The notes under the pieces were generated by a model, which saw nothing but the letters and a program-made list of their open reading frames with translations, had not been told where the DNA came from and did not search any database. The position numbers and the translations under genes were made by a program. This document shows, piece by piece, positions 24,142-34,826 of a DNA stretch of 64,000 bases; position 1 is the first letter of the stretch, and every line of letters starts with the position of its first letter. The stretch lies in assembly GCF_030679875.1 (NCBI RefSeq), contig NZ_JAUXSP010000006.1:129653-193652 (forward strand). The letters are read 5' to 3'. The DNA comes from Phenylobacterium sp. Its GTDB lineage: Bacteria > Pseudomonadota > Alphaproteobacteria > Caulobacterales > Caulobacteraceae.

Positions 24142-25160
24142 TGCGGCTGATAGATCTGATCGAACACCGCCCCGTCGGCGAAGTGCTCGGCCTGAGCTAC
24201 GGCCCAGCCTCCAAAGTCGGCTATGGTCGTCATTTGGAGCTGGACGAACTTGTCCGAATAGCGGGCGGCGACCTCAGCGCGTCGTGGCCGAAAGTGATGG
24301 CGGGCCGCTAGGTCCTGCGCCTCCGGAGTATAGAGCCCCTCAAGATAGGCTTCCGCCAGGGGGCGGGTGCCATGCCGCGCCACGATGGCGTCCACCACAG
24401 CGACCGGCGGCTCAGCAAGGATCGATGTGGCCGGGACGACAATGTCGAGCCCGCCGGCGCCTAACTCATGCATGGCCAGAAAGGCCTCGTTCTCCCAGGC
24501 CAGCAGAACGTCCCCGATCCCGCGCTGGGCGAAGGTGGTCGTCGAACCCCGCGCCCCGGTGTCGAGGACCGGAACCCGCTGGAACATGGCGCGGACGAAG
24601 CTCTTGGCCACAGCGGCGTCTCCGCCGCTCTGCTTGAGGGCATGCCCCCAGGCGGCCAGGTAGTTCCACCTGGCCCCGCCCGATGTCTTTGGGTTCGGGG
24701 TGATGACCTCGACCCCGGGTCTGATCAGATCATCCCATCCCTGAATGGCCTTGGGGTTCCCCTTGCGCACCAGGAAGACAATCGTTGAGGTGTAGGGCGC
24801 GCTGTTGTCGGGCAACCGGCTGGCCCAGTCGGAGGCGATCAGGCCCCGCTTCGCGAGCTCGTCAATATCGGCGGCCAGGGCGAGGGTGACGACGTCGGCC
24901 TCCAGCCCATCGACCACCGAGCGAGCCTGCTTTCCCGACCCGCCGTGGGATTGCTCGACCCGCACCCCGCCGGCCAGGTCGGGCTGCAACTGCGCAAAGA
25001 GCGCGTTGTAGTCCCGGTAAAACTCGCGGGTGGGGTCATAGCTGACATTTAGCAGAGCGCCGGCCCCCGCGGCTCCGGTTCGAGGCGCACAGGCGGCCAG
25101 GGCCCCGGCGCTCGCCAGCCCCCCGATCAAGGCGGCCCGGCGGTTCAAGGTCATCGTCAT
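24138..25160 (-). CDS. cysP: Periplasmic sulfate/thiosulfate-binding protein
   Basis: 340 aa. Signal peptide, then [13 protein letters not shown]...[26 protein letters not shown], the classic Sbp/CysP sequence. Confidence 0.9.
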   Translation of the reverse strand: MTMTLNRRAALIGGLASAGALAACAPRTGAAGAGALLNVSYDPTREFYRDYNALFAQLQPDLAGGVRVEQSHGGSGKQARSVVDGLEADVVTLALAADIDELAKRGLIASDWASRLPDNSAPYTSTIVFLVRKGNPKAIQGWDDLIRPGVEVITPNPKTSGGARWNYLAAWGHALKQSGGDAAVAKSFVRAMFQRVPVLDTGARGSTTTFAQRGIGDVLLAWENEAFLAMHELGAGGLDIVVPATSILAEPPVAVVDAIVARHGTRPLAEAYLEGLYTPEAQDLAARHHFRPRRAEVAARYSDKFVQLQMTTIADFGGWAVAQAEHFADGAVFDQIYQPQ

Positions 25161-25251
25161 TCTCGCTCTCCCGTTCGAGGACGAGCCAATGAAGCAGATT
25201 CAAACCTATCGGACTAGTGGGAATTAAACTGGCGGACATTAGAGTTTCTGG

Positions 25252-25271
25252 CGCCGCCGATAGGGGCGGCG
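25252..25271 (-). terminator. Stem-loop immediately after the sulfatase stop codon
   Basis: CGCCGCC (25252-25258) pairs with GGCGGCG (25265-25271). There is no clear U-tract. Confidence 0.3.
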
Positions 25272-25273
25272 AC

Positions 25274-27163
25274 TTAGGGGAGGACGATCTCGAACCAGAA
25301 GTCGAAGCGGTCGAGGCAGGCCAGCAGGGCGGCGAGGTCATCGGGACTGGGGGTTGCAACCTCACCCTTCCCCATGGCTGCGGCCAGGTCGGTCTCGCCC
25401 AGCACCAGGGCCACCAGGGCTGCGCGGGTCAGGCGAACCGGGGTCGCCCCCGGCGCAGCCTTGTCGCAGGCATGGTGCAGGACAGCGTTCTCGACGCTCA
25501 GTCCGAACCGCTCGCCGGTGTCGGTGAAGGTGAGGTCGAGGGCCACGTCCAAGACCCCGGCGCGCTCCCCGTTCAGCCGCACCGACAGGGAGTCCAGCAA
25601 CTGTTCGGCCGGCAGGTTGCGGATCTGGCCAGCCGCCCCCTGGCGCGGGGTGGGTGAGGGCGGTCTGACGTGACGCAGCTCCTGGGCGCCGGTCAGATAG
25701 AAGGCGCGCCAGGGGCCGGACTCCGCCTGATAGCCCATCTGCTCCAGGGCGTCGGCCTGCAGTTCGCGGGCCTCGGCGTTGTCAGGCTGGGCGAAGACCA
25801 GGTGGTTCACCAGCTCGGCGGTCCAGCGGTAGTCTCCGGCGGCGAAGGCCGCCCGGGCCTTGGCCAGCAGGGGCTCAGGCCCGCCGGCCAGGTCCACATA
25901 CCGCTTGCCCGCCTCCACCGGCGGATGGGGATGCAGGTTGGCCGGATTGCCGTCGAACCAGCCCAGATAGCGCTGATAGACCGCCTTTGCGTTGTGGTTC
26001 AGCGTCCCGTAGTAGCCGCGCGTGTACCACTCGGCCTCAAGACTCGGCGGCAGCTTCAGGGCTTCCCCGATCTCCAGGGGCGTCATCCCATGGTTGGCCA
26101 TCCGCAGGGTCTGGTCGTGGATGAACTTGTAGAGGTCGCGCTGCTTCTTCAGGAACTTCCGCGCCCGGTCCTGTCCCCAGCGGGGCCAGTGGTGGCTGGC
26201 GAACAGCACTTCGGTCCGGTCGCCGAACAGGTCGGCGGCCTCGTCGATATAGAAGGCCCAGCGCTTGGCGTCGCGTACCTGCGCCCCGCGCGGCGTGTAG
26301 ATGTTGTGCAGGTGGCAGGAGCAGTTCTCCGCCATGCAGAGCGCCCCGAGCTGCGGGAAGAAGAAGTTCATCTCCGCCGGCGCCTCGGTGTCCGGCGTCA
26401 CCTGGAACTCGATCTCGATCCCGTCGATGGTCAGCTTCGTGCCGGTCTTGCTGATGCTCTCGGTGGGGGGGATCAGGCTGACGGAGCCCATGGAGGTGGT
26501 CTTGCCGAGGCCAGAATCCACATGGCCCTGGGCGTTTCTGGGCAGCAGCGCGCCGTACATGTAGGTCGCCCGCCTGCCCATGGCGTTGCCGGCCAGGACG
26601 TTTTCGCTGACCGCCTCTTCCAGGAAGCCTTCGGGCGCGATGATGCGCATGCCCGCGGCGATATCGGCGTCGGAGATCACCCCGCGCACGCCGCCATAAT
26701 GGTCCACGTGGCTGTGGGTGTAGATGACGCCAGTCACCGGCTTGTCGCCGCGATGCTGGCGCATCAGGGCCAGGGCCGCAGCCGCCGGCTCAGCCGAAAT
26801 CAGCGGATCGATGACAAGGTAGCCTGTCTCACCCTCAATGAAGGTGATGTTGGACAGGTCGAAGCCGCGCACCTGGTAGACGCCAGGCGTCACCTCGAAG
26901 AGACCATGCAGGGCGTTGAGCCGGGCCTGGCGCCACAGGCTGGGATTGACCGTGGGCGGGGCCTCCTCGGGCTCCTCGAAGGCGAAGGCGCCCATGTTCC
27001 AGACCACGCCGCCATTGGCGTTCTCAATGCGTCCGTCGGGGATGGAGCCCAGATAGCCGCGCCGGGCGTCGGCCCAGTCCTGGCCGTCATCCCTCGGCAA
27101 CTCGGCCCGGAGCGCCGCGTGGGCCCGCAGGGTGGCTTCGGTGGCGTCCTTGGGCGTGGTCAT
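25274..27163 (-). CDS. Type III (metallo-beta-lactamase fold) alkyl/aryl-sulfatase, SdsA1/Pisa1-like
   Basis: 629 aa. MBL motif YTHSHVDHYGG, an alkyl-sulfatase dimerisation region (...YYGTLNHNAKAVYQRYLGWFDGNPANL) and a C-terminal SCP2-like domain. No signal peptide seen. Confidence 0.85.
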   Translation of the reverse strand: MTTPKDATEATLRAHAALRAELPRDDGQDWADARRGYLGSIPDGRIENANGGVVWNMGAFAFEEPEEAPPTVNPSLWRQARLNALHGLFEVTPGVYQVRGFDLSNITFIEGETGYLVIDPLISAEPAAAALALMRQHRGDKPVTGVIYTHSHVDHYGGVRGVISDADIAAGMRIIAPEGFLEEAVSENVLAGNAMGRRATYMYGALLPRNAQGHVDSGLGKTTSMGSVSLIPPTESISKTGTKLTIDGIEIEFQVTPDTEAPAEMNFFFPQLGALCMAENCSCHLHNIYTPRGAQVRDAKRWAFYIDEAADLFGDRTEVLFASHHWPRWGQDRARKFLKKQRDLYKFIHDQTLRMANHGMTPLEIGEALKLPPSLEAEWYTRGYYGTLNHNAKAVYQRYLGWFDGNPANLHPHPPVEAGKRYVDLAGGPEPLLAKARAAFAAGDYRWTAELVNHLVFAQPDNAEARELQADALEQMGYQAESGPWRAFYLTGAQELRHVRPPSPTPRQGAAGQIRNLPAEQLLDSLSVRLNGERAGVLDVALDLTFTDTGERFGLSVENAVLHHACDKAAPGATPVRLTRAALVALVLGETDLAAAMGKGEVATPSPDDLAALLACLDRFDFWFEIVLP

Positions 27164-27203
27164 CGTCCCGTTCTCCCCGACCGGTCTTCTTATGGTGAAG
27201 CTT

Positions 27204-27728
27204 CTAGTAGCCGCTGCCGGGCTTGTCCTCCAGCGCCTGGCCGCGAGCCGGGATCAGCATGTCTCGCCGGAAGGTGGCGATGATCTTGCCGTCCTGGTTC
27301 TTGCCGAGGGTGCGGATGGTGACGATACCCTGGCCAGGCCGCGACTTGCTCTCGCGCTTGGCCAGCACCTCGCTCTCCCCATAGAGGGTGTCGCCGGCGA
27401 AGACCGGGGCGGGAAATTTCACCTCGTCCATGCCCAGATTGGCGATCGCCTTCTGCGAGCAGTCGCTGACGCTCATGCCGATCAGCAAGGCCAGGGTGTA
27501 GGTCGAGACGATGAGGTTTTGGCCGAACTCCGTCTGCTTGCCGTATTCGGCGTCGAAGTGCAGCGGATGGGTGTTCAGGGTCAGCAGGGTGAAGAGGTGG
27601 TTGTCGGCCTCGGTCACCGTCTTGCCAGGGCGGTGCTCATAGACGTCGCCGACGACGAAGTCGTCATAGTAGCGGCCAAACGTCTCCCGGTAGCGCCCAG
27701 GCGCGATCTCCTTGAGCGTCTTCATCAC
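27204..27728 (-). CDS. MaoC-like (R)-specific enoyl-CoA hydratase (candidate itaconyl-/mesaconyl-CoA hydratase)
   Basis: 174 aa hot-dog fold: ...GRYYDDFVVGDVYEHRPGKTVTEADNHLFTLLTLNTHPLHFD... 1-nt spacing to the upstream lyase gene. Confidence 0.8.
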   Translation of the reverse strand: MMKTLKEIAPGRYRETFGRYYDDFVVGDVYEHRPGKTVTEADNHLFTLLTLNTHPLHFDAEYGKQTEFGQNLIVSTYTLALLIGMSVSDCSQKAIANLGMDEVKFPAPVFAGDTLYGESEVLAKRESKSRPGQGIVTIRTLGKNQDGKIIATFRRDMLIPARGQALEDKPGSGY

Positions 27729-27729
27729 T

Positions 27730-28542
27730 CTATCCTCTCGCGCGATCCACGATCCGCCGGGCGGCGCGGGCCACAGGCAGTTCGATCAGTTTCCCGTCCA
27801 GCAGGGCGGGGCCGCCCTCAGCGGCGTCAAAGGCGGCGATCACGGCCCTGGCTCGGTCCAGGTCCTCGGCGCTGGGGGTGTAGGCGGCGTTCACGGGCGC
27901 GACCTGGTCAGGATGGATGCAGGCCCGGCCGGTGAAGCCCAGGCGCCGGGCGCGGTCGGTCTCGGCGCTCAACACCTCGGGCTCCCCCACCAGGCCAGGC
28001 GGCGCGTCCAAGGCCTGGATCCCGGCCCGGGCGCAGGCCGCGGCGATCTGGCTGCGGGCGAACAGCAGGGGCTCCCAGGTCATGTCGCAGCCGACCTCGG
28101 CGCTGTAGTCGAAGGCCCCGAACAGGATCCCACCCACGCCGGGCGCCTCGGCGATATCCCAGCAGCGCATCAGGCCTTCGGCAGTCTCCACCAGGGGCCA
28201 GAAGGGGCGGGCGTCCCCCAGGGCGCGTTGCAGCATGCCGAACTCATGGGCGCTGGAGGCCTTGGGGATCATGAAGAAGTCAGCCTGGGCCGGGGCTGCG
28301 GTCCGAAGGTCATCGGTGAACCACGGGCTGGTCCGACCGTTCAGCCGCAGGCCGACCTGAACGCCGCCCGCGGGTCGCTGAGAGAGGAACTCCAGCGCGC
28401 TGGCCCGGGCGCTCGCCTTGTCCGCCGGCGCCACCGCATCCTCAAGATCCAGACATACCGCGTCTGCGCCGCTGTCGAGGGCGCGCGCGAAGCGATCGGG
28501 TCGATTGGCTGGGGTGAACAGGAGCGAGCGAAACTGGACCAA
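27730..28542 (-). CDS. HpcH/HpaI-CitE family acyl-CoA lyase (candidate (S)-citramalyl-CoA / malyl-CoA lyase)
   Basis: 270 aa. RSLLFTPANRPDRFARALDSGADAVCLDLEDAV is the CitE-like opening, with downstream ...ETAEG... and ...DAP... motifs. Confidence 0.8.
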   Translation of the reverse strand: MVQFRSLLFTPANRPDRFARALDSGADAVCLDLEDAVAPADKASARASALEFLSQRPAGGVQVGLRLNGRTSPWFTDDLRTAAPAQADFFMIPKASSAHEFGMLQRALGDARPFWPLVETAEGLMRCWDIAEAPGVGGILFGAFDYSAEVGCDMTWEPLLFARSQIAAACARAGIQALDAPPGLVGEPEVLSAETDRARRLGFTGRACIHPDQVAPVNAAYTPSAEDLDRARAVIAAFDAAEGGPALLDGKLIELPVARAARRIVDRARG

Positions 28543-28686
28543 GCATCCTCCGCCTTGGGCTTGTGAGTCGTCAGGCCAGGATATGACACTCCCTGACCCG
28601 CCAGGGCCAGGGCGCCCCCAGCGTCAACCCGGGGTCATGTTATGGCCGCGAGGGGGCGTTGGCGCATCCACGGGAGGAAGAGGGCC

Positions 28687-29901
28687 ATGTACGATCTGCT
28701 GAAGGGGCTGACCGTGGTCGAAGGTTCGGCCTTCATCGCCGGTCCCACCTGCGGGCTGTATCTCGCCCAGCTTGGGGCCGAGGTGATCCGCTTCGACAAT
28801 ATCGGCGGCGGTCCAGACTTCCGCCGCTGGCCGCTCTCACCCAATGGCTCCAGCCTCTATTGGGAGGGGCTGAACAAGGGCAAGAAATCGGTGGCCCTAG
28901 ACCTGTCGCGTCCGGAGGGCCGTGAGATCGCCCAGCGCCTGGCGGCCGCGCCAGGCGCTGACGCCGGCCTGTTCGTCACCAACTTCCCCGTCGAGGGCTT
29001 CCTCTCTTACGAGAAGCTGAAGGCCTTGCGCGACGACCTGATCTGCGTGCGGGTCATGGGCTGGGCTGATGGCGGACCCGGCGTCGACTATACGATCAAC
29101 AGCGCCATCGGCGTGCCGCTGATGACCGGGCATCCGGATGATCCAAGGCCCGTGAACCATGTCCTGCCGGCCTGGGACCTGCTGACCGGGGCCTTCGCCG
29201 CCTTCAATATGGTCGCAGCCCTTCTGGCCCGCATGCGCACCGGCCAGGGCCGCGAGATCCGCATCCCCCTGTCGGACGTCGCCGCCGCCACCCTGGCCAA
29301 TATGGGCATGACCGCCGAGATCCTGGCGGGCGGAGGCGAGCGTCCCCGGCAGGGCAACACCCTGTTCGGCGCGTTTGGGCGGGATTTCGTCACCCGCGAC
29401 GGCAAGCGCCTGATGGTGGTGGCCATCACCCCGCGCCAATGGACCGGCCTGATCCAGGTTCTGGGGGTCGGCGCCGAGGTGGCGGCCCTCGAAGCGGTGC
29501 GAGGCGTCGACTTCAGCAAGGATGAGGGCGTGCGCTTCGCCCACGTCGACGCCCTGATGCCGATCTTCGAGGCCGGCTTCGCCCGCGCCGACAGCACAGA
29601 CCTCCTGCCCAGGTTCGATGAGCTGGGCGTCTGCTGGGGACCCTATCAGACCCTGGAACAGGCCCTGGAAGACCCGCGGCTATTCAAGGGCAATCCGATC
29701 TTCTCGGATCTCGCTCAGGTCAGCGGCGCGACCTATCCGGTCCCCGGCTATGCGGCCACCCTGCCGCAGGACGACCGTGGCGACGCCCGCCCAGCCGCGA
29801 GGCTGGGCGAACACACTGAAGAGGTGCTGGGCGACCTCCTGCGCCTGGACGGCGCCGAGATCGCCCGGCTGCACGACGCCGGGATCGTCGCCTCAGCCTG
29901 A
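28687..29901 (+). CDS. Family III (CaiB/BaiF) CoA-transferase
   Basis: MYDLLKGLTVVEGSAFIAGPTCGLYLAQLGAEVIRFD is the canonical family III N-terminus. ATG at 28687 follows GGGAGGAAG. Divergent from the lyase/hydratase pair. Confidence 0.85.
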   Translation: MYDLLKGLTVVEGSAFIAGPTCGLYLAQLGAEVIRFDNIGGGPDFRRWPLSPNGSSLYWEGLNKGKKSVALDLSRPEGREIAQRLAAAPGADAGLFVTNFPVEGFLSYEKLKALRDDLICVRVMGWADGGPGVDYTINSAIGVPLMTGHPDDPRPVNHVLPAWDLLTGAFAAFNMVAALLARMRTGQGREIRIPLSDVAAATLANMGMTAEILAGGGERPRQGNTLFGAFGRDFVTRDGKRLMVVAITPRQWTGLIQVLGVGAEVAALEAVRGVDFSKDEGVRFAHVDALMPIFEAGFARADSTDLLPRFDELGVCWGPYQTLEQALEDPRLFKGNPIFSDLAQVSGATYPVPGYAATLPQDDRGDARPAARLGEHTEEVLGDLLRLDGAEIARLHDAGIVASA

Positions 29902-29906
29902 GGACC

Positions 29907-30668
29907 TCAGGTCTTCGGCTTGCCCAGATTGCTCAGCGCCGTGCCCAGGTCGATCGGCATGGGGAAGACGATGGTGGTGTTCTTGTCGGCCCCGATGTCG
30001 GAGAGCGTGTTCAGATAGCGCAGCTGCATGGCTTCCGGGATGGTGGCCAGGGTCTGGGCGGCTTCCAGCACGGCGTGGGCGGCCTGCTTTTCGCCTTCGG
30101 CGTTGATGACCCGGGCGCGACGGTTCCGTTCGGCCTCGGCCTGGCGGGCGATGGCGCGGATCATGCTCTCGTCGATGTCGACGTGCTTGATCTCCACATT
30201 GGCGACCTTGATGCCCCATTCCTCGGTCTGGCTGTCGAGGATGGCGCGGATGTCCTGGTTCAGCTTGTCCCGCTCGGCCAGCATGTCGTCCAGGTCGTGC
30301 TTGCCGAGCACCGAGCGCAGGGTGGTCTGGGCCAGCTGGCTGGTGGCGTCCATGTAGTTTTCCACCTGGATCACCGCCCGGTCGGCGTCGATGACGCGGA
30401 AATAGATCACCGCTGAGACCTTCACCGAGACGTTGTCACGGCTGATCAGGTCCTGGCTGGGCACGTCCAGGACGATGGTGCGCAGGTCCACCTTGACCAT
30501 CTGCTGGACGATGGGGATCAGCAGGATGAGTCCGGGCCCCTTTACGCCGGTGAAGCGGCCGAGGGTGAAGACCACGGCGCGTTCGTACTCCCGCATCACC
30601 TTCACCGCCTGCAGCAGGATGATGATGACGAAGACCGCTAGGGCGCCGAAACTGGCGATATCGAACAT
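29907..30668 (-). CDS. SPFH/band-7 (stomatin-like, slipin) membrane protein
   Basis: 253 aa. N-terminal TM helix, then YERAVVFTLGRF...GPGL..LIP and the coiled-coil ...ARQAEAERNRRARVINAEGEKQAA. Confidence 0.9.
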   Translation of the reverse strand: MFDIASFGALAVFVIIILLQAVKVMREYERAVVFTLGRFTGVKGPGLILLIPIVQQMVKVDLRTIVLDVPSQDLISRDNVSVKVSAVIYFRVIDADRAVIQVENYMDATSQLAQTTLRSVLGKHDLDDMLAERDKLNQDIRAILDSQTEEWGIKVANVEIKHVDIDESMIRAIARQAEAERNRRARVINAEGEKQAAHAVLEAAQTLATIPEAMQLRYLNTLSDIGADKNTTIVFPMPIDLGTALSNLGKPKT

Positions 30669-30688
30669 GGGCTTGATCCTTCTCCGCC

Positions 30689-32104
30689 TCAGGCGGGGTT
30701 TTCGGGCTCGACGATGAGGGTGAGGCCATCACGGGCGGCGATGCGCACCGACTGGCCAGAGGTGAGGGGAACGCTGGAGCGGGCGTGCCAATCCTCGCCC
30801 TGGGCGTGGACATAACCCTCGCCGCCGGCCCAGCTCTGGACCACGCCGGTGGCGCGCAGCAGGGCCGCCTGACCCGTGGTCAAGACATGGCGACTGGCCT
30901 GAACCGCGGCGCGAAGGACGAACACGAAGAAGGCCAGGCTGACCCCCACGGTGATGAGGATGACATAGGGCGAAACCCCGAAGCCGGGGACGTCGCGGAA
31001 CAGCAACACCGAACCGAGCGCCAGGGCCAAAGCGCCGGCGGCTCCGAAGATGCCGAAGCCGGGGGCCAGCGCCTCAGCCAGCAGCAGCCCTACGCCCAGG
31101 GCGATCAGGGCCACCCCGGCATAGTCCACGGGCAGCATGTTGAGCGCAAAGAGGCCGAGCAGCAGAGAGACCGCGCCGACGGCGCCTGGCCCCACAGTCC
31201 CGGGCGAGGTGAACTCGAAGATCAGCCCATAGATCCCGATCATCATCAGCAGGTAGGCGACATTGGGATTGGTGATCACCGCCAGGATCTGAGCCCGCCA
31301 GTTTGGCGCCAAGGTCTCCACCTGAGCGCCGGCGGTGTTCAGCACCCGCGCCTCGCCATTCATCATGACGGTCCGGCCATCGGCCGCTGCGAGGAGCCCG
31401 TCCAGATCACGGGTGAGGATTTCGATGACGCCCTGGTCCAGCGCCTCGGTCGCCGTCAGGGTCTCGGCCCGGCGCACCGCCTGTTCGGCCCAGTCGGCGT
31501 TCCGCCCATGCAGGCCCGCCATGCTGCGGATATAGGCCACGGCGTCGTTGGTGACCTTGGCGGTCATGGCGTCCGTCGGGGGCCCATCGGCCCCGTCTTG
31601 CCCCTGGCCGGCCGGTTCGCCCCTCTCGGGCATCAAGGGATTGGAGCCGCCCATCTGCACCGGGGTCGCCGCACCCAGGTGGGCGCCCGGCGTCATCGCC
31701 GCCAGGTGGCTGGCATAGAGGATGTAGGTCCCTGCACTCGCGGCCCGGGCGCCCGCCGGGGCGACGAACACCGCCACCGGCACGGGCGAGGCCAGGATGT
31801 CGGCGATGATCTCGCGGGTGGAGGAGTCCAGGCCGCCTGGGGTGTCCATGCGGATCACGGCCAGCTCGGCCCCACGTTCGGCGGCGGTGGCCAGGCCGCG
31901 CTGCAGATACTCCGCCGTTGCGGGTCCGACGGCGCCGTCCAGGTCGAACACCAGGACGAGGGGCGCCGCCGGCGGCGCGGTGGAGGGCGGGGCGGATGGC
32001 GTCTGGGCGGCGACGGCGGCCGGACTTCCCAGGACCAGCAGCCAGGTCAGCAGCAGGCCCGCGGCCCTCCACCAGCCCCTAGTGTTCGGCCTTGGGCCGG
32101 ACAT
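30689..32104 (-). CDS. NfeD-family membrane-bound serine protease (partner of the SPFH protein)
   Basis: 471 aa. Signal/TM segment, ClpP-like domain (...IRMDTPGGLDSSTREI...), four or five TM helices and a C-terminal OB-fold (...EGYVHAQGEDWHARS...). Confidence 0.85.
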   Translation of the reverse strand: MSGPRPNTRGWWRAAGLLLTWLLVLGSPAAVAAQTPSAPPSTAPPAAPLVLVFDLDGAVGPATAEYLQRGLATAAERGAELAVIRMDTPGGLDSSTREIIADILASPVPVAVFVAPAGARAASAGTYILYASHLAAMTPGAHLGAATPVQMGGSNPLMPERGEPAGQGQDGADGPPTDAMTAKVTNDAVAYIRSMAGLHGRNADWAEQAVRRAETLTATEALDQGVIEILTRDLDGLLAAADGRTVMMNGEARVLNTAGAQVETLAPNWRAQILAVITNPNVAYLLMMIGIYGLIFEFTSPGTVGPGAVGAVSLLLGLFALNMLPVDYAGVALIALGVGLLLAEALAPGFGIFGAAGALALALGSVLLFRDVPGFGVSPYVILITVGVSLAFFVFVLRAAVQASRHVLTTGQAALLRATGVVQSWAGGEGYVHAQGEDWHARSSVPLTSGQSVRIAARDGLTLIVEPENPA

Positions 32105-32261
32105 GCAGTACTCCCTTGGCGTCTACGGGCGAAATGGCCGCCCGCATGGTGGCGTTCACCATATCACCGATGATCGCGCCGGGGGCTGACTTCTCACCGC
32201 TGATGCTTGATCCGGGGCCCGCAAGGCGCCACCAGGGACCGTCCACCAGAGGGAGCCATTC

Positions 32262-33371
<1,110 letters not shown>

Positions 33372-33380
33372 AGCCGGCCA

Positions 33381-34223
33381 ATGAGCGTTGAAATCCTCCA
33401 GCAGCACCGCGTCCATGGCGGGACCTTGCGCTATCTCCGCCACCAGAGCGCGGTCACCGGCACGCCCATGCGCTTTTCCCTATTCCTGCCGGACGGGGAG
33501 GGACCGTTTCCCCTGCTGGTCTGGCTCTCGGGCCTGACCTGCACGGAAGACAACTTCACCACCAAGGCCGGCGCCTATGGCCCCGCCGCCGCCCACGGAC
33601 TGGCCATCCTGGCGCCCGACACCAGCCCTCGGGGCGAAGGCGTGGCCGACGATCCAGCCTATGATCTGGGGCAGGGGGCGGGCTTCTATCTCGACGCGAC
33701 CCAAGACCCCTGGGCGTCACACTTCCAGATGGAGACCTATGTCACCGGCGAACTGCTGGACACAGTGGTCGCGGAATTCCCTGTCGACCGGGCGCGGGTC
33801 GGCGTGTCCGGCCACTCCATGGGCGGCCACGGCGCCCTGACGCTCGCCCTGCGCCACCCGGACATCTTCGCCTCGGTCTCAGCCTTCGCCCCGATCTGCT
33901 CGCCCACCCGCTGCCCGTGGGGCGAGAAGGCGTTCACCGCCTATCTGGGCGAGGACCGCGCCGCCTGGGCGCAACACGACGCGGCCCGTCTGATCGAGGC
34001 CGGCGCCGCCAAGGGCCGGTTCGACGACATCCTGGTGGACCAAGGCCTGGGAGATAACTTCCTGGCCGAACAGCTCAAGCCCGACCTGCTGGAGGCCGCC
34101 TGCGCCGCCGCCGGCCAGAAACTGACCCTTCGCCGCCAGGCCGGCTACGACCACTCCTACTTCTTCATGGCCAGCTTCATCGCCGACCATGTCGCCTTCC
34201 ATGCGGAGCGCCTGAAGGGCTGA
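33381..34223 (+). CDS. frmB: S-formylglutathione hydrolase (esterase D)
   Basis: 280 aa. ...LSGLTCTEDNF..KAG..., nucleophile elbow GHSMGGHGAL and a C-terminal ...GYDHSYFF... Confidence 0.93.
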   Translation: MSVEILQQHRVHGGTLRYLRHQSAVTGTPMRFSLFLPDGEGPFPLLVWLSGLTCTEDNFTTKAGAYGPAAAHGLAILAPDTSPRGEGVADDPAYDLGQGAGFYLDATQDPWASHFQMETYVTGELLDTVVAEFPVDRARVGVSGHSMGGHGALTLALRHPDIFASVSAFAPICSPTRCPWGEKAFTAYLGEDRAAWAQHDAARLIEAGAAKGRFDDILVDQGLGDNFLAEQLKPDLLEAACAAAGQKLTLRRQAGYDHSYFFMASFIADHVAFHAERLKG

Positions 34224-34261
34224 GTGCGGGCATTGCTCGCCAAATTTCGGCTCCCGATCCG

Positions 34262-34708
34262 CTAAAGACCTGAGGCGTCTGCCTGGTTCGACATCGAGTC
34301 TCCGACCGCGGCGTCATCTCGGCGTTTGCGAAGGCCGAGGTTAAAGGCGATCCAGACCTGGGCTGAGACACCTGCGATAGCGGCAGCGACCCCGGTCCAG
34401 TGGCTGAGAAAGGCGAATGCGAGCCCACCCAGTACATATACAGCCCATAGCCAAACAACGGTCCATCCTGAGTGGTTCAGGTCGCGCGCCCGGCGAACGG
34501 ATACGGCGACAACAGGCCAAATAGTAGCGAGACGGAGGAGGCCGCCTATTGCCTTGGTATCGGCCGGAAGTCGTGGGTCTAGCGGGAACGGCTCGCCGGT
34601 GAGCCATGCCGACATGCTTGCCTCAGCGACGGCAACGCTGATGACCACGGCCCACCACGTTCGCCGACTTGACCGGCCCCGGAAGCTCAAAAGCCTGAGT
34701 AGAGACAC
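34262..34708 (-). CDS. DUF805 inner-membrane protein
   Basis: 148 aa. A GTG start gives MSLLRLLSFRGRSSRRTWWAVVISV..., and ...VAVSVRRARDLNHSGW... is the DUF805 signature (RR.HD...SGW). Confidence 0.7.
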   Translation of the reverse strand: MSLLRLLSFRGRSSRRTWWAVVISVAVAEASMSAWLTGEPFPLDPRLPADTKAIGGLLRLATIWPVVAVSVRRARDLNHSGWTVVWLWAVYVLGGLAFAFLSHWTGVAAAIAGVSAQVWIAFNLGLRKRRDDAAVGDSMSNQADASGL

Positions 34709-34826
34709 GTGCCCGATTTCCCTCCGCAGCCTGCAGAGGAGATTCGCACAGTCAAGGTTCGCTGCCCATCCGTTGACGCCGCTCTGAGGGGCGGCTTTTC
34801 CGACCCCCTTCCACCAGCCTCACGTC

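Noticed and set aside
25670-27283. 537-aa ORF antisense to the alkylsulfatase
   Set aside because: The minus strand has the HxHxDH metallo-beta-lactamase motif and family-length protein. The plus-strand product is a G/R/V/H-rich artefact.
29907-32104. The SPFH/NfeD pair as a candidate novel or defence-related system
   Set aside because: This is the widespread, well-known stomatin-NfeD operon with ordinary architecture and no associated nucleases, ATPases or other defence hallmarks.
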